Below are positions 16,960 through 25,371 of a stretch of 61,410 nucleotides of DNA, one piece after another (the stretch's first letter is position 1; each line of letters starts with the position of its first letter). Where the stretch lies: the IMG/VR virus record IMGVR_UViG_3300021425_000037, positions 1 through 61,410 of that record. The stretch is one strand, 5' to 3'. The stretch comes from a virus (lineage: Duplodnaviria; Caudoviricetes). The position numbers were made by a program, and so were the translations under genes. Under the pieces are notes generated by a model. That model saw only the letters and a program-made list of their open reading frames with translations, searched no databases and was not told where the DNA came from.

Positions 16960-18261
16960 ATGGCACTGCCAAAGACAAAACGTAAGAAGCCCAGAGCCGC
17001 TCCCCGCTTACAGCGTGGTGCAAAACTTAAAGAGCCAGATTGGGACGACTTAGAAAAAATGACAGGCGAAGATGTACACAGACATCGCCGCTATGTTCAT
17101 AGTTGGTATTACGAAAATTTTAAACCAGCAGACTTGTATGCGTATGTTCCTAAGTGGATGGAAGACAACGATTATTCCAAAGAAGAAATAAAAGCAGTTA
17201 AAGCCGCTCCAGGAAGAGCTCTTAGCATTACAGCAAGTATTGTAGCACGTATGGATATGATGGGTGCTCCAAGAGAACATAAACTTGAAGCAGAGCATTG
17301 GGAAAGTCTTGCTGGCACATTTGGCGAACTAAAAAGTTCAATAGTATTTCTACAAAAACGTATTGAAGAAGCAATCGAAGAAGGTAGAAAACACTTAGTT
17401 GCTAAACAAGAAGAAGAAAAACAAGAAGAAGAAGTAGCAAAGGTAAAGCCAGTACTGACTATTCAAGACCGTATCCTTATGCAAGCTCATGCCGCATGTG
17501 AAGAAGTTGACCTTTGGTTAGATGAATATGTAACAGATTCAAAGACATGGAAGTTAGATGGTCTAGATATTAAAGCACATTTTATAAAGAACAAAGTTAC
17601 ACAAGCCCATGCTAGAAAAATTAAAGACATTTTCAAACCAGAGCTAGATGAAATTGTAGAATGGCATAATATGCCTACAGCTGCTCAACTTAAGAAAATG
17701 GATGAGCATACAGCAGACATGTGGGAGCAACTCAAAGAAGGTTATGCTCACAGAGACAAAAAATATATGGCTACATGGCTTAAGGCTCATGAAAAAATAA
17801 TCCAAGCATGCGATATGATTATTGAAAGTGCAAAAGCAACACGTAGACCGCGTAAAGCAAAAGTATATAGTGCAGAGAAACTTGTACAAAAAATGAAGTT
17901 TAAGAAGCAAGACGACAAGTACAGTCTTGTAAGTATTAATCCTGCAGACATTATATACGCACATGAGCTTTGGGTGTTTAATACTAAAACACGTAAGATA
18001 GGCAAATATGTTGCTAAAGATCCTGATCCGCAAAAAATGCAACGACCAGGTAGTGGATTACAAGTAAAAGGCACTACGATTACAGGATTTCATGAAGAAG
18101 AAAGCATACAGAAAACATTACGTAAGCCAGAAGAACAACTCAAAGAGTTTAAATCTGCTGGTAAGGTAGCATTACGTAAGTTTATGGACGACATAAAAAC
18201 AACGGATACAAAATTAAATGGACGTATTAATCCTGAAACTATACTACTGAAGGTTTCTTGA
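16960..18261 (+). CDS. Large lysine-rich hypothetical protein
   Basis: 433 aa; TTGACT(16900)-17-TATACT promoter; GGAG SD. Confidence 0.8.
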   Translation: MALPKTKRKKPRAAPRLQRGAKLKEPDWDDLEKMTGEDVHRHRRYVHSWYYENFKPADLYAYVPKWMEDNDYSKEEIKAVKAAPGRALSITASIVARMDMMGAPREHKLEAEHWESLAGTFGELKSSIVFLQKRIEEAIEEGRKHLVAKQEEEKQEEEVAKVKPVLTIQDRILMQAHAACEEVDLWLDEYVTDSKTWKLDGLDIKAHFIKNKVTQAHARKIKDIFKPELDEIVEWHNMPTAAQLKKMDEHTADMWEQLKEGYAHRDKKYMATWLKAHEKIIQACDMIIESAKATRRPRKAKVYSAEKLVQKMKFKKQDDKYSLVSINPADIIYAHELWVFNTKTRKIGKYVAKDPDPQKMQRPGSGLQVKGTTITGFHEEESIQKTLRKPEEQLKEFKSAGKVALRKFMDDIKTTDTKLNGRINPETILLKVS

Positions 18262-18272
18262 TAAATACTTAC

Positions 18273-19406
18273 ATGAAGCAATTAGATCCTAATAAAGTCC
18301 GTATCGCTGTAGAAGGACTTCCAATACTAGCAGAAGTAGTCAACGCACTCGCAGACGTTGATCAAACACCTGACATGTCAAAACTAGCACTTAACAGTCT
18401 TAGTGGAGACTTGATTCAAGGTGGAACTATTACTAAGTTTACAAGCACAGGTATTAAAGACGAGTCCAGCAGACTAGTTGTATTTGTTAACGATGATGGT
18501 ATTGTAACAGATACTATAGACGTAGAAACACTAGTAGGCGAAACTAACGTAGCAGGTGACCTTAAAGTTGATGGCGAAATATATGCTAAGAAACTACATG
18601 TTGACGAAGTTACAGCAGATGTTAGAAATGAACGTTCAGGACCATTAGAGTTTAATGATGCTGATGGAAACATTTACAATAAAGGATTGCTTTGGGTCCA
18701 AAAGGACGGACCAACCAAACAACTTGTATACAGACCTAATCCAGATAGACTTTGGAGCAGTGATGCAATTGATTTGCATGCAGATGCGGCTTACTTTGTA
18801 AACGGCAACTATGTGTTAAACAAAGACTCTTTAGGACCTGATATTAAAACAAGTAGTTTAAAACAAGTTGGCGTATTAAACGACCTTAAAGTAAAAGGTA
18901 ATATGTCACTTAGTCAGCATTTGTTTTGGAACGCAGATGCAGATAGACTAGGCCTAGGCACAGATGCACCAAATGGTGCAATAGGTGTTATGGGCTTTGA
19001 TTCCGAATTTATCGTGGATGTAGATCAACCAGAAATTAGAGTTGGTACATACACAACACACGATTTAGAAATCATCACTGATGATACTCCCCGCATTACA
19101 GTATCAGCAAATGGCAAAGTACACTTTGGAACTAAAGGCGGCGACAGTGCAAAAGTTACTGTCCACGGCAAGTTAGGCGTAGGTGTAAACCAAGTTGCAG
19201 ACGATACTCATTTAGCAGTAGCAGGCCCTATAAGATTTGAAAACAAAAAGTTTCAAGTAGGAGAAGGAACACCAACAGAAGGACAATATCGTAAAGGCGA
19301 TATTGTTTGGAATGACGATCCTAAACCTACAAGTTATATAGGCTGGGTATGCATAAGAGAAGGCACACCTGGAGAATGGAAGCCCTTTGGGCAAATTTCT
19401 TCATAG
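18273..19406 (+). CDS. Virion/tail-fibre-like beta-repeat protein (likely leaderless)
   Basis: Fibre-type repeats (RLGLGTDAP, GKLGVGVN); C-terminal KGDIVWN...GWVC...PGEWKPFG; TAAATA 5 nt before the ATG. Confidence 0.7.
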   Translation: MKQLDPNKVRIAVEGLPILAEVVNALADVDQTPDMSKLALNSLSGDLIQGGTITKFTSTGIKDESSRLVVFVNDDGIVTDTIDVETLVGETNVAGDLKVDGEIYAKKLHVDEVTADVRNERSGPLEFNDADGNIYNKGLLWVQKDGPTKQLVYRPNPDRLWSSDAIDLHADAAYFVNGNYVLNKDSLGPDIKTSSLKQVGVLNDLKVKGNMSLSQHLFWNADADRLGLGTDAPNGAIGVMGFDSEFIVDVDQPEIRVGTYTTHDLEIITDDTPRITVSANGKVHFGTKGGDSAKVTVHGKLGVGVNQVADDTHLAVAGPIRFENKKFQVGEGTPTEGQYRKGDIVWNDDPKPTSYIGWVCIREGTPGEWKPFGQISS

Positions 19407-19496
19407 AAATAAGACTGCATAACTATCTAATTAACCCAAATAAATATTAATGCTAAAGTATAATCATTTATACTTTTGAAAGGGAGATTAATATAT

Positions 19497-19790
19497 ATGA
19501 AAAAAATAGATAAAACATTGCGTGAGGCATCTTACTGGACATATGCGGCGTGGACAGCACCATTTGTTGCGTTGACAGTTCTTATAGGCGAAATTTTAAT
19601 AGGCACAGATTCCATACTAGGAGCAACTAGCATTGCCGTAGTAGTAACATTTGTAACCACTAGTGTATTTTGGTGGTGGTGGGCAATTACTAAAATTGTT
19701 TATATGATGCAAATGACCTCAAAGGTTGAAGAAAACTTTAACGAACTCAAAAAAGAACTAACAAAGTTAAACAAAGACCTTAATAAATAA
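19497..19790 (+). CDS. Two-TM membrane protein with C-terminal coiled coil (holin-like candidate)
   Basis: GGGAG SD; hydrophobic segments; TAAATA upstream at 19441. Confidence 0.55.
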   Translation: MKKIDKTLREASYWTYAAWTAPFVALTVLIGEILIGTDSILGATSIAVVVTFVTTSVFWWWWAITKIVYMMQMTSKVEENFNELKKELTKLNKDLNK

Positions 19791-19794
19791 TTAC

Positions 19795-20385
19795 ATGTAT
19801 GTATTTGGAAACGGTGAAAGCCGCCAAGGCTTTGACATCTCACATTGTTATGGACCCAAGGTAGGGTGCAATGCAATTATGCGTGATTACAAAATGGATC
19901 ATCTTGTTTGTGTAGACAAACGTATGGTTGAAGAGTCTATTGAAAGAGGAGTTAACCAAGACACTATAGTCTATACTAGACACGATTGGTTTCCAAGATA
20001 CAAGAAACATACTAATATAAGACAACTACCTGACTTGCCATACCAAGGTAATGAACGCTGGGACGAACCGTTTCAGTGGGGTAGCGGTCCCTATGCTGTA
20101 CTCATTGCCGCTCAAAAGGCAAAGAAAGAAACTGTTCATTTGATAGGTTTTGATCAATACAGCAATACACCAAAAGTAAATAACATATACAAAGATACTA
20201 GAAACTATGATCGGGCAGATAAACGTGCTGTAGATCCTCGTTACTGGATACATCAAATAGGCAAAGTATTCGAATGTTATGCAAAAACTAACTTTGTAGT
20301 ATATGATTTACATGAAAAAATGCAAAAAGCCTGGAATTATCCCAACGTTTCACTTGACAAACTAAGTAATATATCATATAATTAA
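19795..20385 (+). CDS. Rossmann-like glycosyltransferase/DUF115-related protein
   Basis: VFGNGESR, GCNAI, GSGP, HLIGFD. Confidence 0.6.
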   Translation: MYVFGNGESRQGFDISHCYGPKVGCNAIMRDYKMDHLVCVDKRMVEESIERGVNQDTIVYTRHDWFPRYKKHTNIRQLPDLPYQGNERWDEPFQWGSGPYAVLIAAQKAKKETVHLIGFDQYSNTPKVNNIYKDTRNYDRADKRAVDPRYWIHQIGKVFECYAKTNFVVYDLHEKMQKAWNYPNVSLDKLSNISYN

Positions 20386-20446
20386 ACAATGAGGACTTAC
20401 ACGTCGACCCTCTTTAAATACTCCGCCGTTTTTATAGGAGAAACTT
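20354..20446 (+). promoter_or_regulatory. sigma70 promoter and structured 5' leader of queD
   Basis: TTGACA-17-TATAAT, then a GAGG/CCTC stem, A-rich linker and CCGCCGT before the AGGAG SD. Confidence 0.55.
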
Positions 20447-20932
20447 ATGGCATTTTATAGTACAAAAACATACGGACATAACATTGGATTATCAGCAGTG
20501 TTCCGTCAACCTAAGGCAATGCATTCACATTGTCACCTACTACATGGATACAGTTTACAATTTAAATTTGTATTCGGATGTAGTGATCTAGATGAAAAAA
20601 ACTGGGCTGTCGACTTTGGCGGATTAAAGCCGTTAAAGGCTTGGCTAGAAGATAGTTTTGATCACAAGACAGCAATTGATATCAATGATCCGGAACTAGA
20701 AACTTTTAAAGCACTAGAAGAAAAAGGTCTAGCAGAAATTAGAACTTTTGATGGTGTTGGTTGTGAGAAGTTTGCATACCACGCATGGAAGTTTGCTGAT
20801 CAACTTATTAGAGAAATTAGCGACGGGCGTTGCTGGTGTGAAAGTGCAGAGTGTGCAGAACACGGTGCTAACTCGGCAATCTATACTCCATACACAACTC
20901 AAAAGATGTCGTTTGCCGATGGCAAAGATTGA
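20447..20932 (+). CDS. queD: 6-carboxy-5,6,7,8-tetrahydropterin synthase (PTPS family)
   Basis: SHCHLLHGYS, WAVDFGGLK, FDH. Confidence 0.85.
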   Translation: MAFYSTKTYGHNIGLSAVFRQPKAMHSHCHLLHGYSLQFKFVFGCSDLDEKNWAVDFGGLKPLKAWLEDSFDHKTAIDINDPELETFKALEEKGLAEIRTFDGVGCEKFAYHAWKFADQLIREISDGRCWCESAECAEHGANSAIYTPYTTQKMSFADGKD

Positions 20933-21728
20933 TAAGAGTCAATACACCAAAGAAGAGTGGTTAAGGATTAAGGCAGAACGCAGAGATGCAAAGGCCCAAA
21001 AACATTTAACCACTCTTCCACAAGACTATTATATTTTGTGTTTGAAACATGGCACAAAATATAGTCCTGACTATGTAAACAAGTTATACAACATGTGCAA
21101 GCGTCACTGTACGCTAGACTTTAAGTTTGCTTGTCTTACAGACGATCCAATGGGTTTAAACCCTGATATTCAAATATTAACTTTGCCCAGTGGCCTTGCT
21201 GGCTGGTGGTGTAAACCTTATATGTTTTCAAAAGATTTGCCTATCAAAGGCACTATACTTTACCTTGACTTAGACGTTGTTATAAGTGGCAACTTAGATA
21301 AACTTTTAACATGGCAACCTAATCATTGGTGTATCGTAAGAGACTACACAAGAGCAATGAGTCCAGGATATCAAAAGTATAACAGTAGTGTTGTTAAATT
21401 TAAAACAGGCGAACTAGACTTTGTATGGGACAAATATCAAAAAGACCCAAAGAGCTATCAAAAGTTATTCTTTGGTGACCAAGATTACTTGTATGATGTT
21501 ACATACAAAACAAAAGCGGCTATGTTGTATCCAGACAGTTGGACGCAGAGTTGGAAATGGGAAGTACGTAAAACTAAAGATTTTGCTCCCGGCGGAGTTA
21601 GAGGGAACAGAGTATTCAAAGAAATAGAAAATGTAGTTCCTAGAGTTGAATGTTGTGTGTGCGTTTTTCATGGAGATCCTAATCCAGAGAATTGCCAAGA
21701 TCCATGGGTGGTAGAAAATTGGAAATAA
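20919..21728 (+). CDS. GT-A family glycosyltransferase
   Basis: KHGTKYSPDYVN, YLDLDVV (DxD), NSSVV, GDQD, VFHGDPNP. Confidence 0.8.
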   Translation: MAKIDKSQYTKEEWLRIKAERRDAKAQKHLTTLPQDYYILCLKHGTKYSPDYVNKLYNMCKRHCTLDFKFACLTDDPMGLNPDIQILTLPSGLAGWWCKPYMFSKDLPIKGTILYLDLDVVISGNLDKLLTWQPNHWCIVRDYTRAMSPGYQKYNSSVVKFKTGELDFVWDKYQKDPKSYQKLFFGDQDYLYDVTYKTKAAMLYPDSWTQSWKWEVRKTKDFAPGGVRGNRVFKEIENVVPRVECCVCVFHGDPNPENCQDPWVVENWK

Positions 21729-22432
21729 AAAAGCATTTTATATTTGACGTTGACGGAACACTTACCCCTAGTCGTAGAAAAATAGATGACGACTTTGCTG
21801 TGTTCTTTTCAGACTTTTGTACAAACAATCTTGTGTATCTTGTTACAGGTAGCGACAAAGAAAAAACAATAGAACAAATTGGTGAGGAAATATACAGTCT
21901 ATGTCAACGTGTATACAACTGTTCAGGCTGTGATGTTTGGGAAGGCGAGATTAACGTAAGATCAAAAAAATGGTCTTTACCAGATGAAGCAAGACAATGG
22001 TTGCGTAAAGAAATACAAGCATCAGAGTTCTGTTTACGTACAGGCAATCATATCGAAGAAAGAGCTGGTATGGTTAACTTTAGTATTGTAGGACGTAATG
22101 CTACACTAGGAGAGCGTAAACTGTATGTAGAGTTTGATACAGCCAACGACGAACGTAACCGCATTGCAAGAGATTTTAATCTACAGTTTCCTATTATGGA
22201 AGCAAAACCCGGAGGAGAAACAGGAATTGATATATCTCCAAAAGGTTGGGACAAGAGTCAAATACTTGTAGACTTTGATCCAAAAGATGAATTACATTTC
22301 TTTGGTGATAGAATGGACAAGGCAGGCAACGACTATCCTTTGAAAAGAGAAATCATTGACAAGGACTTAGGTATGTGTTATAATATTAAACATTACAGAG
22401 ACACTTGGAAGATATTAGATGAACTCACATAG
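21719..22432 (+). CDS. HAD-family (eukaryote-type) phosphomannomutase
   Basis: FDVDGTLTPSR, VTGSD, IEERAGMVNFSIVGR, GWDK, FFGD....GNDY. Confidence 0.85.
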   Translation: MEIKKHFIFDVDGTLTPSRRKIDDDFAVFFSDFCTNNLVYLVTGSDKEKTIEQIGEEIYSLCQRVYNCSGCDVWEGEINVRSKKWSLPDEARQWLRKEIQASEFCLRTGNHIEERAGMVNFSIVGRNATLGERKLYVEFDTANDERNRIARDFNLQFPIMEAKPGGETGIDISPKGWDKSQILVDFDPKDELHFFGDRMDKAGNDYPLKREIIDKDLGMCYNIKHYRDTWKILDELT

Positions 22433-23510
22433 TCGTATAGGTTTTGCATGCAAGTACATGTACCCAGACCAGACACAGAAAAAGAAATTACTTGAAGAAA
22501 TTCAACGACCGCTAAATACTCGTAGCACAACAGTACAGTGGCTTAATAGGCAGACACGTGATGTTGCTGAAGAACGCTTGTGGGACATCATGGTCCACAA
22601 CATTGCGTCTTACAAGAGGTTGATTGAATATGTGGGAAGTCTTCCACGTGAACTTAGAATGGTCCGATTGGGTAGCGATGTACTTCCTGTTTATACCCAG
22701 CATGAGTGGTCTTATTATTGGCGCAAGCCTGATGTGGTTTCGTACTGTGAAAAAGAATTTGCGAAAGTTGGCGAAACAGCAAGAGAACTTGATGTTCGAC
22801 TTTCCATGCACCCAGGCCAATTTACAGTCCTTGCTTCAGATAATGAAGAAATAGTAGAGAGGAGCATAGAAGAATTTGAATATCACACCGATGTCATACG
22901 CTGGATGGGATACGGCAAGACCTTCCAAGACTTCAAGTGCAATGTACACATCAGCGGCCGCAAAGGTCCAGCCGGTATTAAACATGTCGTCAACAACAGA
23001 CTTTCTCAAGAAGCGAGAAATACGATTACGATCGAAAATGACGAAAACAAATGGGGCATTGAACACTCACTTGAGCTCGTCGACACATGCGCTCTCGTAC
23101 TTGACATACACCACCACTGGTGCCGTGAAGGTGAATACATTAGACCCACCGACGCTAGATTTGCTCGTGTAATAGATTCGTGGCGTGGTGTACGTCCTGT
23201 GATACATTATTCATACAGCCGTGACGAACACTTGCCTGACGGCTTTGATCATTTCCTAAAGCCTAACATGGCAGAATTACTAGCAAATGGCTACAAGAAA
23301 GCAAAACTTAGAGCTCACAGCGATTACTATCCTAATCAGAGTTGTAACGATTGGGCATTGTCATTTTTGCCATATGCTGATATTATGTGTGAATCCAAGA
23401 TGAAGAACCTTGCTAGTATTGCCCTGCATAAATACAAAGAAGAAAAGGATCATTATGAGCTATTTAAACACAATGTACAGCAACAAGAGCCTGAGCTCGA
23501 AAGCACCTGA
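22419..23510 (+). CDS. uvsE: UV damage endonuclease (UVDE)
   Basis: RIGFAC, RLSMHPGQF, IENDE, LDIHHH, RAHSD, DIMCESK; own TTGACA(22356)-17-TATAAT promoter. Confidence 0.92.
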   Translation: MNSHSRIGFACKYMYPDQTQKKKLLEEIQRPLNTRSTTVQWLNRQTRDVAEERLWDIMVHNIASYKRLIEYVGSLPRELRMVRLGSDVLPVYTQHEWSYYWRKPDVVSYCEKEFAKVGETARELDVRLSMHPGQFTVLASDNEEIVERSIEEFEYHTDVIRWMGYGKTFQDFKCNVHISGRKGPAGIKHVVNNRLSQEARNTITIENDENKWGIEHSLELVDTCALVLDIHHHWCREGEYIRPTDARFARVIDSWRGVRPVIHYSYSRDEHLPDGFDHFLKPNMAELLANGYKKAKLRAHSDYYPNQSCNDWALSFLPYADIMCESKMKNLASIALHKYKEEKDHYELFKHNVQQQEPELEST

Positions 23511-23748
23511 AAAAGAATCAACAAAAAATCCTAACCGCGTAGCGGGTGGACTTAAAGGTCAAGGTGTTGATCATTTCGTGATGATGTCAGAAGATGGTTC
23601 AGAACAACAAGTTCCTACCCAGCGTTATGTAAATAGCCTGGAAGAGCAGATAAGAAAACAGCGGGCGGCTATAAACGTTTTAGAACGCAAGCTCGCTCGC
23701 TGTGAGTCTAGTATCGATCGATTAAATTCTTTAAACTCTACTTCTTAG
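23455..23748 (+). CDS. Coiled-coil hypothetical protein
   Basis: AAGGA SD; TAAATA upstream; KNPNRVAGGLK. Confidence 0.65.
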   Translation: MSYLNTMYSNKSLSSKAPEKESTKNPNRVAGGLKGQGVDHFVMMSEDGSEQQVPTQRYVNSLEEQIRKQRAAINVLERKLARCESSIDRLNSLNSTS

Positions 23749-24007
23749 ATAGTTTAAATACTTCATCAACTAAGTCAGCTTTTTTCTTTCTTCTATCAAT
23801 ATCAACTTTAAATTCCTTTTTAGCAAATGCTTCAAGTCCTTCTTTAGTTAATTTTGCTAGGTCTGCTTTCTTAACAGTCGCTTTCTTAGCTGCAGGTTTA
23901 GCTGCTGGCTTAGGGGCTTCTGCTTTTTTTGCAGGAGCAGGTGCAGGAGCGGGTTTAGGTGCTTCTACTTCTGCTGATGAAAAAAGGTTACGTAACCAAT
24001 TAAACAT
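23738..24007 (-). CDS. A/K/P-rich small protein with C-terminal HEH/Rho-N-like motif
   Basis: PAKKA/AKPAAKK repeats; LAKLTKEGLEAFA...IDRRKKKADLV; GGAG SD. Confidence 0.7.
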   Translation of the reverse strand: MFNWLRNLFSSAEVEAPKPAPAPAPAKKAEAPKPAAKPAAKKATVKKADLAKLTKEGLEAFAKKEFKVDIDRRKKKADLVDEVFKLSKK

Positions 24008-24073
24008 ATTAATTCTCCATTTTAATAAATTAACAAGAGTATTTACATAAATATTATAACAAGGAGACTAATT

Positions 24074-24229
24074 ATGGTAGAAAAATTAAAGTTAGAAAAG
24101 ATTGACGGACTAAGAATTGACAAAAAAGCATTCCAACCTATCAGTCTTAAAAAGGACACAAAATTACCAGAAAGTAAAAAGTCTATGAAAACAGAACAGA
24201 ATACTAGACCAGGGGGGTATAAATTCTAA
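24074..24229 (+). CDS. Small basic protein (51 aa)
   Basis: TAAATA late promoter and AAGGAG SD. Confidence 0.55.
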   Translation: MVEKLKLEKIDGLRIDKKAFQPISLKKDTKLPESKKSMKTEQNTRPGGYKF

Positions 24230-24393
24230 TGAAAAACTGGATTATCAAAAGATTAGGCGAAAGAACAACACTTGACGGTGCTGTACTTGTTGCCGCAGGC
24301 GTAGCATTTTTAATTTTTAAGCCAATCGCAAGTTTAGTAGCATACGGTGCTATTGCATATGGCGCTTGGACTATTTGGAAAAAAGAAGATTAA
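24229..24393 (+). CDS. Small two-TM protein (holin-like candidate)
   Basis: MKNWIIKRLGERTTLDGAVLVAAG...AWTIWKKED*. Confidence 0.6.
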   Translation: MKNWIIKRLGERTTLDGAVLVAAGVAFLIFKPIASLVAYGAIAYGAWTIWKKED

Positions 24394-24396
24394 TAA

Positions 24397-24648
24397 ATGT
24401 CTAGAGAATATACATTAACTGTTGAAACATCTGAAAACACAAGAGAAGTATCTGAAGGTGTTACTAAAGAACTGTACAATGCTACTATTACTAAAGTAGA
24501 AACAGGACAAACTATATCAATAGTTGATGTCGTAAGCACCTATGATAGAGATGATTGGTGTAAAACTGTATTTGAACATGCAAAAGAAGGATTAGATCAT
24601 GAAGACGGTCCTAGTTGTTGCTATGTTAATGCAAGTTACGTAGACTAA
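24397..24648 (+). CDS. Hypothetical protein
   Basis: 83-aa ORF. Confidence 0.6.
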   Translation: MSREYTLTVETSENTREVSEGVTKELYNATITKVETGQTISIVDVVSTYDRDDWCKTVFEHAKEGLDHEDGPSCCYVNASYVD

Positions 24649-24932
24649 AGTTTACCAATAGGGAGATCAGAACTAGCACTCATATTCCAAATTTGTTTGC
24701 GTTCTACTCCCTTTTTTTGTGCAAAAACCTTTGCATCACAATTACTACACACATGAAAATAGTTATTATTTAGACGTTTAGGGTCCATGTTTCCACGCGG
24801 CCTTTCAAACTCAACATCACAGTTATCACATCTCAGCAATACAAACGTCTTATTGCGTGTGTAGGGGTGTGTATGACCTAATTTAGACTGTCTTTCATGC
24901 CTGGTTTGCACAATAAATTCTTTTATAAACAT
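24645..24932 (-). CDS. Zinc-ribbon protein (likely leaderless)
   Basis: CDNC and CSNC; TAAGTA 5 nt before the ATG. Confidence 0.7.
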   Translation of the reverse strand: MFIKEFIVQTRHERQSKLGHTHPYTRNKTFVLLRCDNCDVEFERPRGNMDPKRLNNNYFHVCSNCDAKVFAQKKGVERKQIWNMSASSDLPIGKL

Positions 24933-24995
24933 ACATATACTTAGTTACATTCGGATTATAAAACTATTCGATAAATATATTAAACAGGAGTATTG

Positions 24996-25370
24996 ATGTT
25001 CGTATTGACCTTAACGGAATCTGCTAAAAGCAAGGTAAATGAATTATGTAATGCACAGCCAGACATGTTTGCTGTACATTTAGGCTTGAAAGGAGGCGGC
25101 TGCGCAGGGTTCGAATACGAATGGGATATGATCAAAGCGGATAAAGTTGGAACTCACGACGAAATAATTAACACAGGCGAAGGAAATTTAGTAGTAAATG
25201 CAGAAAGCCTTATGTATTTGTTCGGTAGTGAGGTAGATTATTCGAGAGACGTATTTCAAACACAGTTTGTTATTAATAATCCTAATGCTCAAAGTGCATG
25301 CGGATGCGGAGTAAGTGTTAATTTTAATAACAACGTAGAAGAAAATATACAAATTTTGGAGCTAAAATAA
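24996..25370 (+). CDS. iscA: A-type Fe-S cluster carrier (IscA/SufA/HesB family)
   Basis: GGGCAGFEY; NPNAQSACGCGVS. Confidence 0.9.
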   Translation: MFVLTLTESAKSKVNELCNAQPDMFAVHLGLKGGGCAGFEYEWDMIKADKVGTHDEIINTGEGNLVVNAESLMYLFGSEVDYSRDVFQTQFVINNPNAQSACGCGVSVNFNNNVEENIQILELK

Positions 25371-25371
25371 A

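Noticed and set aside
19455-19476. AAAGTATAA/TTATACTTT hairpin as an intrinsic terminator
   Set aside because: The stem is almost all A/T and lies just downstream of a late promoter; its function cannot be supported.
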